This document shows, one piece after another, positions 14,373-33,200 of a DNA stretch of 64,000 nt. The translations under genes and the position numbers were made by a program. The stretch's first letter is position 1; each line of letters starts with the position of its first letter. Location: NCBI RefSeq assembly GCF_009914755.1, contig NC_060932.1, one strand, 5' to 3'. Below the pieces are notes generated by a model. That model ran no database searches. It worked only from the letters and a program-made list of their open reading frames with translations, and was not told where the DNA came from. The stretch is from the human T2T-CHM13v2.0 reference genome, Homo sapiens.

Positions 14373-14563
14373 TTTTTTTATTTTTTATTTTTATTTTTTG
14401 AGATAAGTTCTTGCTCTGTCACCTAGGCTGGAGTGCAGTGATGTAATCACAGCTTGCTGCAGTCTTGACCTCTTGGGCTCAAGTGATCCTTCTGCCTCAG
14501 CCTCCCAAGTAGCTGAGACCGCAAGCACGCACCACCACACACAGCTGATTTTTTAAACTTTTG
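14373..14563 (-). mobile_element. AluJ right arm (split by the L1 insertion)
   Basis: Right arm up to the middle A-rich linker; the element resumes at 20965. Confidence 0.88.
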
Positions 14564-14832
14564 GTCCATTCCAAGATGGCCGAATAAGAACAGCTCTGGT
14601 CTGCAGCTCCCAGCGTGATTGACGCAGAAGACGGGTGATTTCCGCATTTCCAACTGAGGTACCTGGTTCATTTCATTGGGACTGGTTGGACAGTGGGTGC
14701 AGCCCACGGCAGGTGAGCTGAAGCAGCCTGGGGCATCACCTCACCCGGGAAGTGCAAGGGGTCAGGGGATTTCCCTTTCTTAGCCAAGGGAAGCCATGTC
14801 AGACTGTACCTGGAAAGTCAGGACACTGCCGC

Positions 14833-15000
14833 CTAAATACTGGGCTTTTCCAATGGTCTCAGCAAACGGCACACCAGGAGATTATATCCCACACCTGGCT
14901 CAGCTGGTCCCACACCCACGGAGCCTTGCATACTGCTACCACAGCAGTCCCAGATCGAACTGTGAGGTGGCAACCTGGCTGGGGGAGGGGCGCCTGCCAT
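14833..15000 (-). CDS. L1 ORF0 homologue (55 aa, shortened by an early stop)
   Basis: MAGAPPPARLPPHSSIWDCCGSSMQGSVGVGPAEPGVGYNLLVCRLLRPLEKPSI* resembles primate L1 ORF0 (MAGAPPPASLPP...); expression unknown. Confidence 0.6.
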   Translation of the reverse strand: MAGAPPPARLPPHSSIWDCCGSSMQGSVGVGPAEPGVGYNLLVCRLLRPLEKPSI

Positions 15001-15150
15001 TACTGAGGCTTGAGTAAGTAAACAAAGTGGCTGGGAAGCTCCAACTGGGTGGAGCCCACCACAGCTCACCAAGGCCTGCCTGCCTCTGTAGACTCCACCA
15101 CTGGAGCCAGGGCATAGCTGAACAAAAGGCAGCAGAAACCTCTACAGTCT

Positions 15151-15404
15151 TTTTTTTTTTTTTTTTTTTGAGACAGTCTCACTCTGTCACCCAAGCTGGA
15201 TGCAGTGGCGCGATTTCAGCTCACTGCCAGCCCCGCCTCCTGAGTTCATGCCATTCTGCTGCCTCAGCCTCCCGAGTATCTGGGACTACAGGCACCCACC
15301 ACCACACCTGGCTAATTTTTTGTATTTTTAGTAGAGACAGGGTTTCACCGTGTTAGCCAGGATAGTCTCGATCTCCTGACCTTGTGAACTGCCCACCTCG
15401 GCCT
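15151..15404 (-). mobile_element. 5'-truncated AluY/Sc inserted in the L1 5'UTR
   Basis: T tail of about 20 nt; TSD AAACCTCT(A/G)CAGTCT at 15136-15150 and 15405-15419; lacks roughly the first 45 nt of Alu. Confidence 0.93.
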
Positions 15405-15853
15405 AAACCTCTGCAGTCTTAAACGTCCTTGTCTGACAGCTCTGAAGAGACCAGTGGTTCTCCCAACATGGTGTTTGAGCTCTGAGAACTGGACAGACTG
15501 CCTCCTCAAGTGGGTCCCTGACCCCTTTGTAGCCTAACTGGGAGACACCTCCCAGTAGAGGCCTACTGACACCTCATACAGGCGGGTGCCTCTCTGGGAC
15601 GAAGCTTCCAGAGGAAGGATCAGGCAGCAATATTTGCTGTTCAGCAGCCTCCGCTGGTAATACCCAGGCAAACAGGATCTGGAGTGGACCTCCAGCAAAC
15701 TCCAATAGACCTGCAGCTGAGGGACCTGACTGTTAGAAGAAAAACTAACAAACAGAAAGGAATAGCATCAACATCAACAAAAAGGACATCCATACCAAAA
15801 CCCCATCTGTAGGTCACCATCATCAAAGACCAAAGGTAGATAAAACCACAAAG

Positions 15854-16869
15854 ATGGGGAGAGACCAGAGCAGAAAAGCTGAAAATTCTAAAAACCAGAG
15901 CGTCTCTTCTCCTCCAAAGGATCACAGCTCCTCACCAGCAACGGAACAAAGCTGGACGGAGAATGACTTTGACAAGTTGACAGAAGTAGGCTTCAGAAGT
16001 TTGGTAATAACAAACTCATCTGAGCTAAAGGAGGATGTTTGAACCCATTGCAAGGAAGCTAAAAACTTTGAAGAAAGATTAGACGAGTGGCAAACTAGAA
16101 TAAACAGTGTAGAGAAGACCTTAAATGACCTGATGGAGCTGAAAGCCATGGCACAAGAACTACGTGATGCATGCACAAGCTTCAATAGCCGATTCGATCA
16201 AGTGGAAGAAAGGGTATCAGTGATTAAAGATTAATGAAATAAAGCGAGAAGTTTAGAGAAAAAAAGAGTAAAAATAAATGAACAAAGCCTCCAAGAAATA
16301 TAGGACTATGTGAAAAGACCAAATCTACGTTTGATTGGTGTACATGAAAGTGACAAGGAGAATGGAACCAAGCTGGAAAACACTTTTCAGGATATTATCC
16401 AGGAGAACTTCCCCAACCTAGCAAGGCAGGCCAACATTCAAATTGGGAATTACAGAGAACACGAAAAGATAACTCCTCGAGAAGAGCAACCCTGAGACAC
16501 ATAATTGTCAGATTCACCAAGGTTGAAATGAAGGAAAAACTGTTAAGGGCAGCCAGAGAGAAATGTAGGGTTAACCACAAAGGGAAGCCCATCAGACTAA
16601 CAGCAGATCTCTCGGCAGAAACTCTGCAAGCCAGAAGAGAGTGGGGGCCAATATTCAACATTCTTAAAGAAAAGAATTTTCAACCCAGAATTTCATATCC
16701 AGCCAAACCAAGCTTCATAAGTGAAGGAGAAATAAAATCCTTTACAGACAAGCAAATGCTGAGAGATTTTGTCACCACCAGGCCTGCCTTACAAGAGCTC
16801 CTGAAGAAAGCACTAAACATGGGAAGAAACAACCAGTACCAGCCACTGCAAAAACATGCCAAATTGTAA
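15854..16869 (+). pseudogene. L1 ORF1p remnant
   Basis: MGRDQSRKAENSK..., KRPNLRLIGV, ...YQPLQKHAKL*, broken by stops and frameshifts. Confidence 0.92.
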
Positions 16870-16932
16870 AAACCATCGATGCTAGGAAGAAACTGCATCA
16901 ACTAATGGGCAAAATAACCAGCTAACATCATA

Positions 16933-20744
<3,812 letters not shown>

Positions 20745-20964
20745 ACAATGAGAACACCTGGACCTAGGTCGGGGAACATCACACACCGGGGCCTTTCGTG
20801 GGGTAGGGGGAGGAGGGAGGGATAGCATTAGGAGAAATATCTAATGTAAATGACGAGTTAATGGGTGCAGCAAACCAACATGGCACATGTATACATATGT
20901 AACAAACCTGCACGTTGTGCACGTGTACCCTAGAACTTAAAGTATAATAAAAAGAAAAAAAAAA

Positions 20965-21095
20965 AAACTTTTGTAGAGACAGAGGCCTCGCCATGTTGCC
21001 CAGGCTGGTCTCAAATTCCTGGGCTCAAGTGATCCACCCTCGTTGGCCTCCCACTGTGCTGGGATTATAGGCGTGAGCCACCGTACTGGGCCAGC
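20965..21095 (-). mobile_element. AluJ left arm (continuation of 14373-14563)
   Basis: ttttgtagagac...gtgagccaccg completes the interrupted Alu. Confidence 0.88.
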
Positions 21096-21547
21096 CTTTC
21101 TTTGTAAACTAAGGAGCCTGGCACTCAGTAGGCTTTGACGTGCTCCCATTATTCAGGTGTTGTATCTTTTTGACTGATTCTCAAATGTCCTTATATTTTA
21201 CCTCCTAATTTCTGTCTCTTTAATTTGTTTGTTTACTTTCTGGGGAAAATGGCATTAAGCTTTATGTTATAAATTTTCATAACATTTATGTATGACTATT
21301 AAACTTTTTAATCTTCAAGAGCTTTAAATATTCCTTTTTTAGAGCATCCTGTCCTTATTCCATGATTTATCATTTAATCTCTTCTGTTCCTGGTAGCGAT
21401 CAGTGATTTATTTCCTCTGAGTTTTGTTATATTGCTTGTTTGTTGATGTTTAATTTTGGTTGCTCTTGCTAGTGGTTTTTCTCAAATGTCTGGTTGTCCT
21501 GTGCTGTCCATTTATATTTATGGGTAAGAACAAAAAAGTTGATTGAA

Positions 21548-21680
21548 ACCAGATGAGGTGGTTCATGTCTATAATCCCAGTGACTTGGGAGGCTGAGGTG
21601 GGAGGATCACTTGAGTCCAGGAGTTTGAGACCAATCTGGACAACATAGCAAGTTACCATCTCTAAATAAATAAGTAATAC
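21548..21680 (+). mobile_element. FLAM/Alu left monomer
   Basis: Alu left arm followed by an A-rich tail. Confidence 0.8.
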
Positions 21681-21728
21681 TTAAAAAAGCTGATTCAAGT
21701 TCTGTGAGCACTGATAGGACATGTCAAA

Positions 21729-22169
21729 TGTTATGAACTGCATGGTTGTGTCCCCGCAAAATTCATATGTTCAAACCTTTATCTCAAATATGATGGAACT
21801 TGGAGTTGGAGATGGGCCTTTGGGAGGTAATTAAGTCATGAGGATAGAGCCCTGATGATAAAATTAGTGCCCTTATAAGAAGGGACATGAAAAAGCTTTC
21901 CGTGCTTGCTCTCCTCTTTCTCTCACCTGTCCCATCTCTCTCTCTTCTCTCTCTTTCTCTCCCTCTGTCTCTCTCCCTGCAATGTGAAGACAGCGAGAAG
22001 GCATCCATCTCCAAACCAAGGAGAGGGCCCTCACCGGACATCAGATCTACTGGTACCTTAATCTTGGACTTTCCAGCCTCCAGAGCTGTGAGAAATAAAT
22101 GTTTGTTTTTTAAACCACCCAATCTATGGTATTTTTTTTTTTTTTCATATAGCAGGCTGAACAAAGACA
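21729..22169 (+). mobile_element. MaLR solo LTR (MST/MLT1A-like)
   Basis: TG...ACA ends; aaaattcatatgtt, gggcctttgggaggtaatta, cttggactttccagcctccagagctgtgagaaataaat. Confidence 0.85.
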
Positions 22170-23594
22170 TCCAGGTAGCGATATGCCTGTAGTGATTAGA
22201 CACAGACATGGCTCTTTCATTAGGGGATCCTCAACTGTCAACACCTATTGTCATTTCTCTTGGATAATCCACTTCCTTAGAGAGGAATCTAACAAACTGG
22301 TGGGTAGGGATGAGAGGAGTGGCAGTGAGGGAGTGAAGGAGTGCCATATCTATCCCTGCTTGCAATATTCTCAGAGCACATGGAAAAGGGAACCAGGGGT
22401 CACCAGTCAGAATAGAGACTTTCATTCAGGCTTCATTCTGTCCTTGTGACTGGTGTTTCCAATCCAAACTCCTCCATAGACTGAACCTTCTGTCAGGCTG
22501 TTGACCCGCAGCATGGGGGAGGGAATCTAAAGCTCTGACTTCTTAGACCAACCATCAGCCATTCATTCCATTGAAGGAAATACCTGGAACCTTCAGTTCC
22601 AGAGCCTTTCCAGAGTGCTAGAAATTACCTTGCTTACTCAAATTCACCCGTAGATCTAGGTGTTTGGCTTTCTCCTCCGATTTTAGTAGCCATCTTTTCT
22701 GGTCCTGAAATGTGGCCATCTCTTCTGCGTTTTCTCTCTTGAACTCCTCATTATATATGGGCTTTGTTGTTGTTTTGGTGGGGGGATGGCTTTGAAAATC
22801 CCTTAACTGTAATTTTATTGGGAATTGGGACATAAATATATGTGTCCAACCTGCCATGTTTAACCAGAAAAAAGAATGTCCTGCTTAGGACCTTTTAATA
22901 AAGCTTCCGATCCTTGTGCTTTTAAAAGTCTGTATGTTACTTTCACACTTTATTAGTGATGGCTGCTATCGAATGTTAGTTTCACATTCATTTTCCCTCA
23001 GAGCTTGGAGGCTTTCTTCTGTTAGATGTTAAGCATGCACTGATGCTGATGAGAAGAGTGCTGTCTTCATGGGGACTCCTGTTCCTTTACAGGTAATCTG
23101 TTGTTCTCTCTCTGGAAGGTTATATGGTCTTTTCTTTATCCTTCATTTTCAATTTCACAAATTTGTCTCTAGGGCTGAGAGTCTTTTTATTCATCCTTTG
23201 GTGCTTGGTGGGACTGCCCCACCAAGAATGGCTCTCATCTCTGATTCCAGCTTCTTCTGTACCCCGTATTAAAGGATATGGCCCCTTTATTCTGGTTCAT
23301 CTATCATAGGTTATCATTTGCTTTCAATCGTAAAAAAAATTATTCGAACTGTAGGCTGATTCTGCCCACCTCACTTCTCATCTGCTGTGGACTTATTCTC
23401 TTCTGTGAATCGTGTCTCTTCAGTGGGATATGAGGAAGGAGAGAGGGTAAACGTGTGTCTGTCTGTCTTTCACCCTGACCTAGAGTGTGACCTCCCTCAC
23501 GGTGCTCTTTGTCTGATTGCTTGGACCTCAGAAGGCCCAGGTGTTTGTTTTCTAAGCCAACTTGTGGTTGTTTGTATGAACCTTCACTAGAATA

Positions 23595-26395
<2,801 letters not shown>

Positions 26396-26513
26396 CTATA
26401 TAAAAATAAAACTGTGAACAGCTGGACAAGAACACTGGTCTACTCGCCGAACTTTTTTCCAAGTTCCTTGACACCGAGGATTACCAATTGCTTGCCAATG
26501 GAGAGTCTGATTT
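26396..26513 (-). CDS. SBSPON: SBSPON exon 5 (last coding exon)
   Basis: tttcag| then (G)NQTLHWQAIGNPRCQGTWKKVRRVDQCSCPAVHSFIFI*; 118 nt; NQT sequon. Confidence 0.95.
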
Positions 26514-26604
26514 CTGAAACGATATTTCGAAAGTGTTAGTTACACTAAAAGCATACCGAAGAAAGGTCTAATTTACAGAATTAAAACTCGGAGTTAAAAA
26601 AAAC

Positions 26605-26838
26605 TGATCACAGCCTGAGCAATATAGTGAAACCCCGTCTCTACTATATATATATATATATAGTTTTTTTTTTTTTCTAATTAGCCAGACATGGTGGCAC
26701 ACGCCTATGGTCTTGGGAGGCTGGGGTAGGAGGATTGCTTGAGCCCAGGAGCTGGAGGCTGCAGTGAGCCGTGATCTCACCGCTGCACTTCAGCCTAGGT
26801 GACAGAGTGAAACCCTGTCTCAAAAAAAAAAAAAAAAA
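26605..26838 (+). mobile_element. 5'-truncated AluJ with a (TA)n/T-modified linker
   Basis: Alu sequence with poly(A) tail. Confidence 0.88.
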
Positions 26839-26892
26839 ATTATTTATTATTTGTAATGTACTTGAAAACTGTTATCTCCTTCCTTCCTTCCT

Positions 26893-27204
26893 CTTTTTTT
26901 TTTTTTTTTTTTTTTAGACAGGGTCTCCCTCTGCCACTTAGGCTGCGGTGCAGTGGCACAATCATGGCTCACTGCAGCCTCTAATTCTTGGGCTCAAGCA
27001 GTCCTCCCACCCCAGCCTCCAAGGTGGCTGGGTCCACAGGTGCATGCCACCACGTCTGGCTAATTTTTATAAAGAAAAATTATTTGTAGGGATGGAGTTT
27101 AACTGTGTTGCCAAGCTGATCTCAAACTCCTGGGTGCAAGGGATCCTCCTGCCTCGGCCTCCTGGCTCACGCTGGGATTAGAAACATGACCCACTGCACC
27201 CGGT
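26893..27204 (-). mobile_element. AluJ
   Basis: Poly(T) followed by Alu reverse complement. Confidence 0.9.
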
Positions 27205-28089
27205 TCCCCAATTTTTTTTTTAATGATCACAAACAGAGTTTCCCTTGTTTAGTTTCTGTCAAAGCAAGTTTTAATTCATTGCTACTTTAGGACACCCTCA
27301 TGTTGACAGAGTAACTTGGGGTTACTGTATTTGCTTTTCCCGTTCTATCTGAGCACAAGTGCTGCATAAAGGAAAATGGCTGACTGTTCTATGTGTATTT
27401 AAACTGGGAGGTCTGAACTAAATGATCTCTTTTACTGCTTTCCAACTCTGATTTCATAATGAAAAAACAATGAGAGAGCTGAAAAGAACAAAGCCAGATT
27501 ATTAAAATTATTATTTTTAAAGTCACTGCTACCTCAGCCAGGGTTTAAATACTATATGGGTACAAATTAAATTATAAATTCATTTAAAACCAAAACATGG
27601 ATGAGGTATTCAGAAAAATATTATGTAAATATTTTCTATTTGATATAAATTCCTTACCCACTTTATTGTTCTTATGGTGTGCTCAATGGAGGCCATGAGG
27701 CACTAGTGACTAATAAACATAAATTCTAGTTATTAAATATGAAAACATTCTACAGGAATAATAATTGACTGGAAAGGCCCATATTTTACCTTTTAATCTG
27801 TATTTCTACCAGTTACACCTGACATACTGAAAACCATAATCTATGTGTGACCTAAATTAGTCTTTGCCCAATAGTTGCCCAGCACGAAGTTGACTCTTCT
27901 TTTAGTTTTGTATAGTGTTATCAAATTTAAACACTAAATAAGTGCAGAACTGGGATACAGGTGCATGACTGTAAAATGTTTTTGGAGTCAATTATTTCAG
28001 AGAAATCTACAGATTTATATAAGATTATTATACCGCAGAGGTGACCCCACCACTGTCTCAGTCAGGGTTTTATGAAGAAGCCCCATTGA

Positions 28090-28597
28090 GCAACAGTTCT
28101 GAAACTTCATCGTGGGTATGAATTACCTGGGCAGGGGTCCCCAAACTAGGACCCCGTAGAGGCCAAAGCCGGCCTACCCCTTCTTTGTGTCTGGACTGTG
28201 AGTTAAGAATAATTTTTATGTTTTAAAGTGTTAAAATCAAAACAATAATGATATTTTGTGACACATGAAAATTATACGAAATTCAAATTTTAGGGTCCAT
28301 AAATAAAGTTTTGTTAGAACAAATCCAAGGTTTGCATAGTGTCTGTGACTGTTTTCCTGCTACAAAGTCAGAGTTGAGGGGTTGTCACAGAGACCACACA
28401 GCCTGCAAAGTCAAAAATATCTACTCTCTGGCCCTTTACAGAAAAGGTTTTCTGGATCCTGACCTAAGACATTTTTAAAAATCCACCTCCAAAGAGTGAT
28501 TCAGTTAGTCGGAAATGAGGTTCAGGAATCTGCACATTTTACATCTCCATCTCACGAGATTCTGATTCTAGTGATCTTCAGAACACCACTTTGGAGT
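28090..28597. mobile_element. MER58B (about 28132-28461) apparently nested in a MER5-like element
   Basis: CAGGGGTCCCCAAACT ... gaaattcaaatttt..ccataaataaagtttt ... ccctttacagaaaa, with MER5-like halves on either side. Confidence 0.65.
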
Positions 28598-28646
28598 GAT
28601 CAGGTTTTTGGTGATCATTTGGGAATGTGATCTAAACTCCAATATC

Positions 28647-28932
28647 CTTTTTTTTTTTCTTCTGGAGACAGAGTCTGGCTCTATCACCCATGCCAGAGTG
28701 CAGTGGTGCAATCTTGGATCACTGCAACCTCCGCCTCCTGGACTCAAGTGATCCTCCCCAGTAGCTGAGACTACAGGCATGCGCCACCATGCCAGGCTAA
28801 TTTTTTATTTTTTGTAGACATGGGGTTTTACCATGTTGTCCAGGCTGGTCCCAACTCCTGAGCTCAAGCAGTCTACCCACCTCGGCCTCCCAAAGTGCTG
28901 GGATTACAGGCATGAGCCACCACTCCCAGCCC
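28647..28932 (-). mobile_element. Alu (J/S)
   Basis: Alu dimer, reverse orientation. Confidence 0.9.
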
Positions 28933-29166
28933 CCAATGTCCAAATGGACCCATATTAACTGCTGGTGTATAGGGCCTGTGGGTTCCATAGTGGGAACTGG
29001 AGCCCTGGCCCCAGGCAGTGCCAGAGGATGGTCCTCCTCACCTACTGTTTTGACTTCCCAGTCATCCCTTGATATGTTACATACTGGTCAGCTGTCTGGA
29101 CATGGAGAGGACAGATTTCTCAGAATGAGTGACAAGAAAAGTACTTCAGTTAATTTCCATTCTTAC

Positions 29167-29343
29167 CCATCGGAGTCCAGGCCATCTCCAGAACAACGAA
29201 GGCTCACAGAGTTCATAGCTGGAGGCTGACAATCCACACACACCGTGTATCCCTCTCGGAGATACTGCATCCATCTAGTCAAGGGCCAGTTTTCCAGAGC
29301 ACAGTGAGGAGTCAAGGACTCTGTCTTAAACTCCATACAGTAT
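29167..29343 (-). CDS. SBSPON: SBSPON exon 4
   Basis: tgtag| YCMEFKTESLTPHCALENWPLTRWMQYLREGYTVCVDCQPPAMNSVSLRCSGDGLDSD |gtaaga; 177 nt, phase 2-2. Confidence 0.95.
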
Positions 29344-30384
29344 CTACAGCAAAAGAAGTAACAATGACACTTGCTGTAATGAGCAGTGGCCTAAAGCTGT
29401 AGAAAGTCTTAGAAAGCCTGTCACCTCCAAGGGCATTTGGCCGACTGGAGCAGGTAGTGAGTACATCTTCACAAGTTACGTGTCAATCACCTTTAAGGTT
29501 TCTCATTCCCTGAAGCATGGTGAAATATTACTGATAATCACAAAGAACCTTTGTGCCCTTTTTCAGTCCATCATTGAGCTCTCTGGGCAATATAAATGTG
29601 CAGAAGTTTGGATATCCTGTATCCTGTCTAATCAGATCACTAAATTGTGCACAGAAGTCCAGGTTTTTGTAGAAACCCAGTCCTTGATAATTTTGCTGAT
29701 CTAAAGGAATTCTATAAATTGAACAAGCACTTGCTTGAGCCTGAGAACCCTAAAAATGTGAGCCCAGGAGGGCTAGCCCTTAACACCTAGGTCAGCACCT
29801 CTGCTGTTCTGCTCCACGAAAGTACCCGGGATCTTCCCCACCCTCTCCACCCACCTCACTTGTATGGTCTGGAGTAATGATGATGAGTTTTGACTTGAAG
29901 TCAATTATCACAGTTACATTGGGCATCGCAGGTGAAAGCAGAAGTGGGAGGCTGAGACACACTTTTCTGACAGAAGTTAGTGTCACCTTAAACTGAGCTG
30001 CGGAAAACTCTAACATTATATGTGACTGGACACTGAAAGCCCAGGGGAACATCCAGACATGAGGAATATTTTAGAAATTTGTACTTCAGTGCAGTTTTCC
30101 AATTCTTCAGGGAAACAAGACATAGTAAAAACTCCGAGTATTGTAACAGAAACTTGTGGCATTTTCGGTTCCATGGGCTAATTTCTTACCCATACAATTA
30201 TGAGTTGCAATATGTTATAAATGGGAAGTGTTTGGAGAATCTGCTTTAAAGATCTTTAAGAATGATAGGTACAGCTAATTAGTAACTAAAGGTAACAAGT
30301 ATCTTTAGTTATTGAGGTAAGAAATCCTACAATGTGGCTTCAATCAATTTCAGAGAGCTAAGCCCAGACAGCTCTTTTTAAAAA

Positions 30385-30518
30385 AGTATTTATTTTTCAT
30401 AGAGATGGGGTTCTCACTATGTTGCCCTGGCTGGTCTCAAACCCCTGGGCTCAAGCAATCCTCCTGCTCCAGCCTCCCAAGGCACTGAGGTTACAGGTAT
30501 GAGCAACCAGGCCCAGCC
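30385..30518 (-). mobile_element. FLAM/Alu monomer
   Basis: Alu left arm, reverse orientation. Confidence 0.8.
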
Positions 30519-31142
30519 TCAGGCATCTCTTCAATGTTATTTTCTCATTAAATGCTCATACCAACCTCATGTGGTAGGTTATTAACAGTCTCATTTTTTA
30601 GGAAGAAAAAACTGAGGTGGAACAAGTTGTTCAAGGTCTTATGCTAGTGAGGGCAGTGTGGGGACCTGAGCGTGCAGCTGTCTGGTATCCCTTATCTGAC
30701 AGCAGAAGAATGGATTTCAGCTGAGCATGAAGGTGACTTCCAGCCTGTACCAATAGGTTTCCATAAGAAACCTCTGAGTTGAAGTGTGTGTCACTTTCAA
30801 ATTCACCAAACAGAGGTGGTGCTGAAGTCTAACGTCCCATAAAGACTGTAAGAGAAGCATCCTTAGTATGATTGATAAAATAAGCTCACAAAATAATCTC
30901 ATTTGTATATAGTTTGTTTCTTGTTGAAGATTGGACCTAAGAGGTAGATATATCTTTATAGCTCCACAAAAACCAGGAGGGGACAAGTATTTTCCCAACT
31001 CTGATGAAGAGTCCATATTTTAGCCAAAGTCAAAGAGCAAGTAGAAAGAAGAAGAAAACATAAACCAAGTTGACCCTCTTGCATTGACTTGACTATACAA
31101 TTGAAAAACATGATTAAAAAAAAAAAAAAAACACGAAATTAC

Positions 31143-31233
31143 CCAGCATCCTCTGTGTGTGTAGACCAGTGTGGAGACGTAGCTTGTCGTGTTCTCTCCT
31201 TGTTGAATGCAGAGGTAGTTATAAAGGCAGGAA
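31143..31233 (-). CDS. SBSPON: SBSPON exon 3
   Basis: ttttccag| (V)PAFITTSAFNKERTRQATSPHWSTHTEDA(G) |gtaatt; 91 nt, phase 1-2. Confidence 0.95.
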
Positions 31234-31474
31234 CTGGAAAAGGGAGATTTCTGTTGAATTCAGGGAGCCAAAGTACTCAGACCATCGTTTCCCAATTTTG
31301 GTTTTGTACCTGTCTAAGGGTCTCCATTCCTAAACTCACAGGGCTACGGCACACCATCAAGGTGTGAAATGAGGCCAAGTTACAAATTCAATAAAGATGT
31401 GTGTGCACACAGATCGGTAGGGAGGGGGCCTGCAGGCCTTTGACAAGCACATTTGTCTGCAGTAATAAAACTGT

Positions 31475-31750
31475 GTGAGAGGAAGGAGAGGGGCCAGGAG
31501 GAAAAACCAGAAGGAAAGGAAGATGGGGCTCAGAAGGGGAACAAGGGAAAAAGTGAGATAATAGAGAGCATGAAGAGAAGAGGAGGTTTCAAAAATGAAA
31601 GGAAGAGAAATAGAGAAAGAAAGGGAGAAATAAGATAATAAAAGAATAGAAAGGAGACAAAGAAGGATAGAGAGAAGACAAAAGAGAGTAAAAGCGGATG
31701 GAAGGAGAGAAAACAGACAAACAGAGAAAAAAATGAGAAAGGAAAAAAGC
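31475..31750. repeat. GA-rich low-complexity tract
   Basis: Strong purine bias seen directly. Confidence 0.8.
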
Positions 31751-31752
31751 AG

Positions 31753-32042
<290 letters not shown>

Positions 32043-32887
32043 GGCAGAAGCAGCAGAGGAGGAAAGAAGGTGAGTCTTCCCCAAGCCTCAGGTAACCACA
32101 GCAGGAAAAGTTCATGGAAGCTCTGCCCACCACATAGTATCAATGTGGCTGCCCAGTGCCAGCCTGCACAGCATTGTCCCCACACCAGCTCAGGGAAAGA
32201 AAGTCTTCAGTGGTCCCCTTCTTTTCCCTCTTCCTCCCCACAACCCTCCCCCAACTCTGATGCTCTGGGTCAGAGAAAAAAAAATGGCACCAAGAATCCT
32301 TCCTCCTGTCTCTGCTCACTTTAATTCTATTGTGTTTGTGTGTCTCCTCTCTACCTCATCACTAAGTCTAGGGAGGCATTTGTTGCTATAATAACACCTA
32401 TAGGTGTCAGTCTCCTGGACTGACTCTGTTGTCATCTTGAGGAAGGCAGGGTTTTGCCTTGTCCATCACTATAGCTTCACACATTTACACACTCAATAAA
32501 TATTTGTGCAAGGAATAAATGGGCCAGTGAGTGAATGAATGAGGTCATGGGCTTGCAGCCAAGACACACAGGCCCTACTTCCCTGCAGTCTTCCGTTCCT
32601 ATACTGAGCCTTGCAGCCAAGATGGCTCAGCAGTCCTCTACCTCTGTTTCAGAAACTGCGCGATTCCAGGAAGGGTAGATACAAGCTGATATCAACTTAT
32701 GAGACGCCAAAGTCATCATCAACATGAACTCAACAATGTGAGGATACTGGTTGCAAAATAGATGCTTGAAGCCTACATGTTGATTTTACCTGTCTCTTTA
32801 CTATCCCAAGATGACAAACCTTAACTCTTTTTGAGCTTTTCTTAATGAGGAGTTATTTTTGTATTACTAGGGAATTTAAGACAAAAG

Positions 32888-33200
32888 GCCAGGCACAGTG
32901 GCTCATGCCTGTAATCCCAGCACTTTGGAAGCCCAAGGCAGGCAGCTCACTTGAGGCCAGGAGATCAAGACCAGCCTGGCCAACATGGTGAAACCCTGTC
33001 TCTACTAAAAATTTTACAAAAATGAGCCAGATTTTGTGGCATTCGGCCATAGACCCATCTGTTCGGGAGGCTGGGAAAATCACTTGAACCCAGGAGGTGG
33101 GGGCTGCAGTGAGCCGAGATCACACCACTGCACTGCAGCCTGGGCAACAGAGTAAGACCATCTCAAAAAAAAAAAACAAAAACAAAAACAAAAAAAAACA
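32888..33200 (+). mobile_element. Alu (S/J)
   Basis: Full Alu dimer with A-rich tail. Confidence 0.9.
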
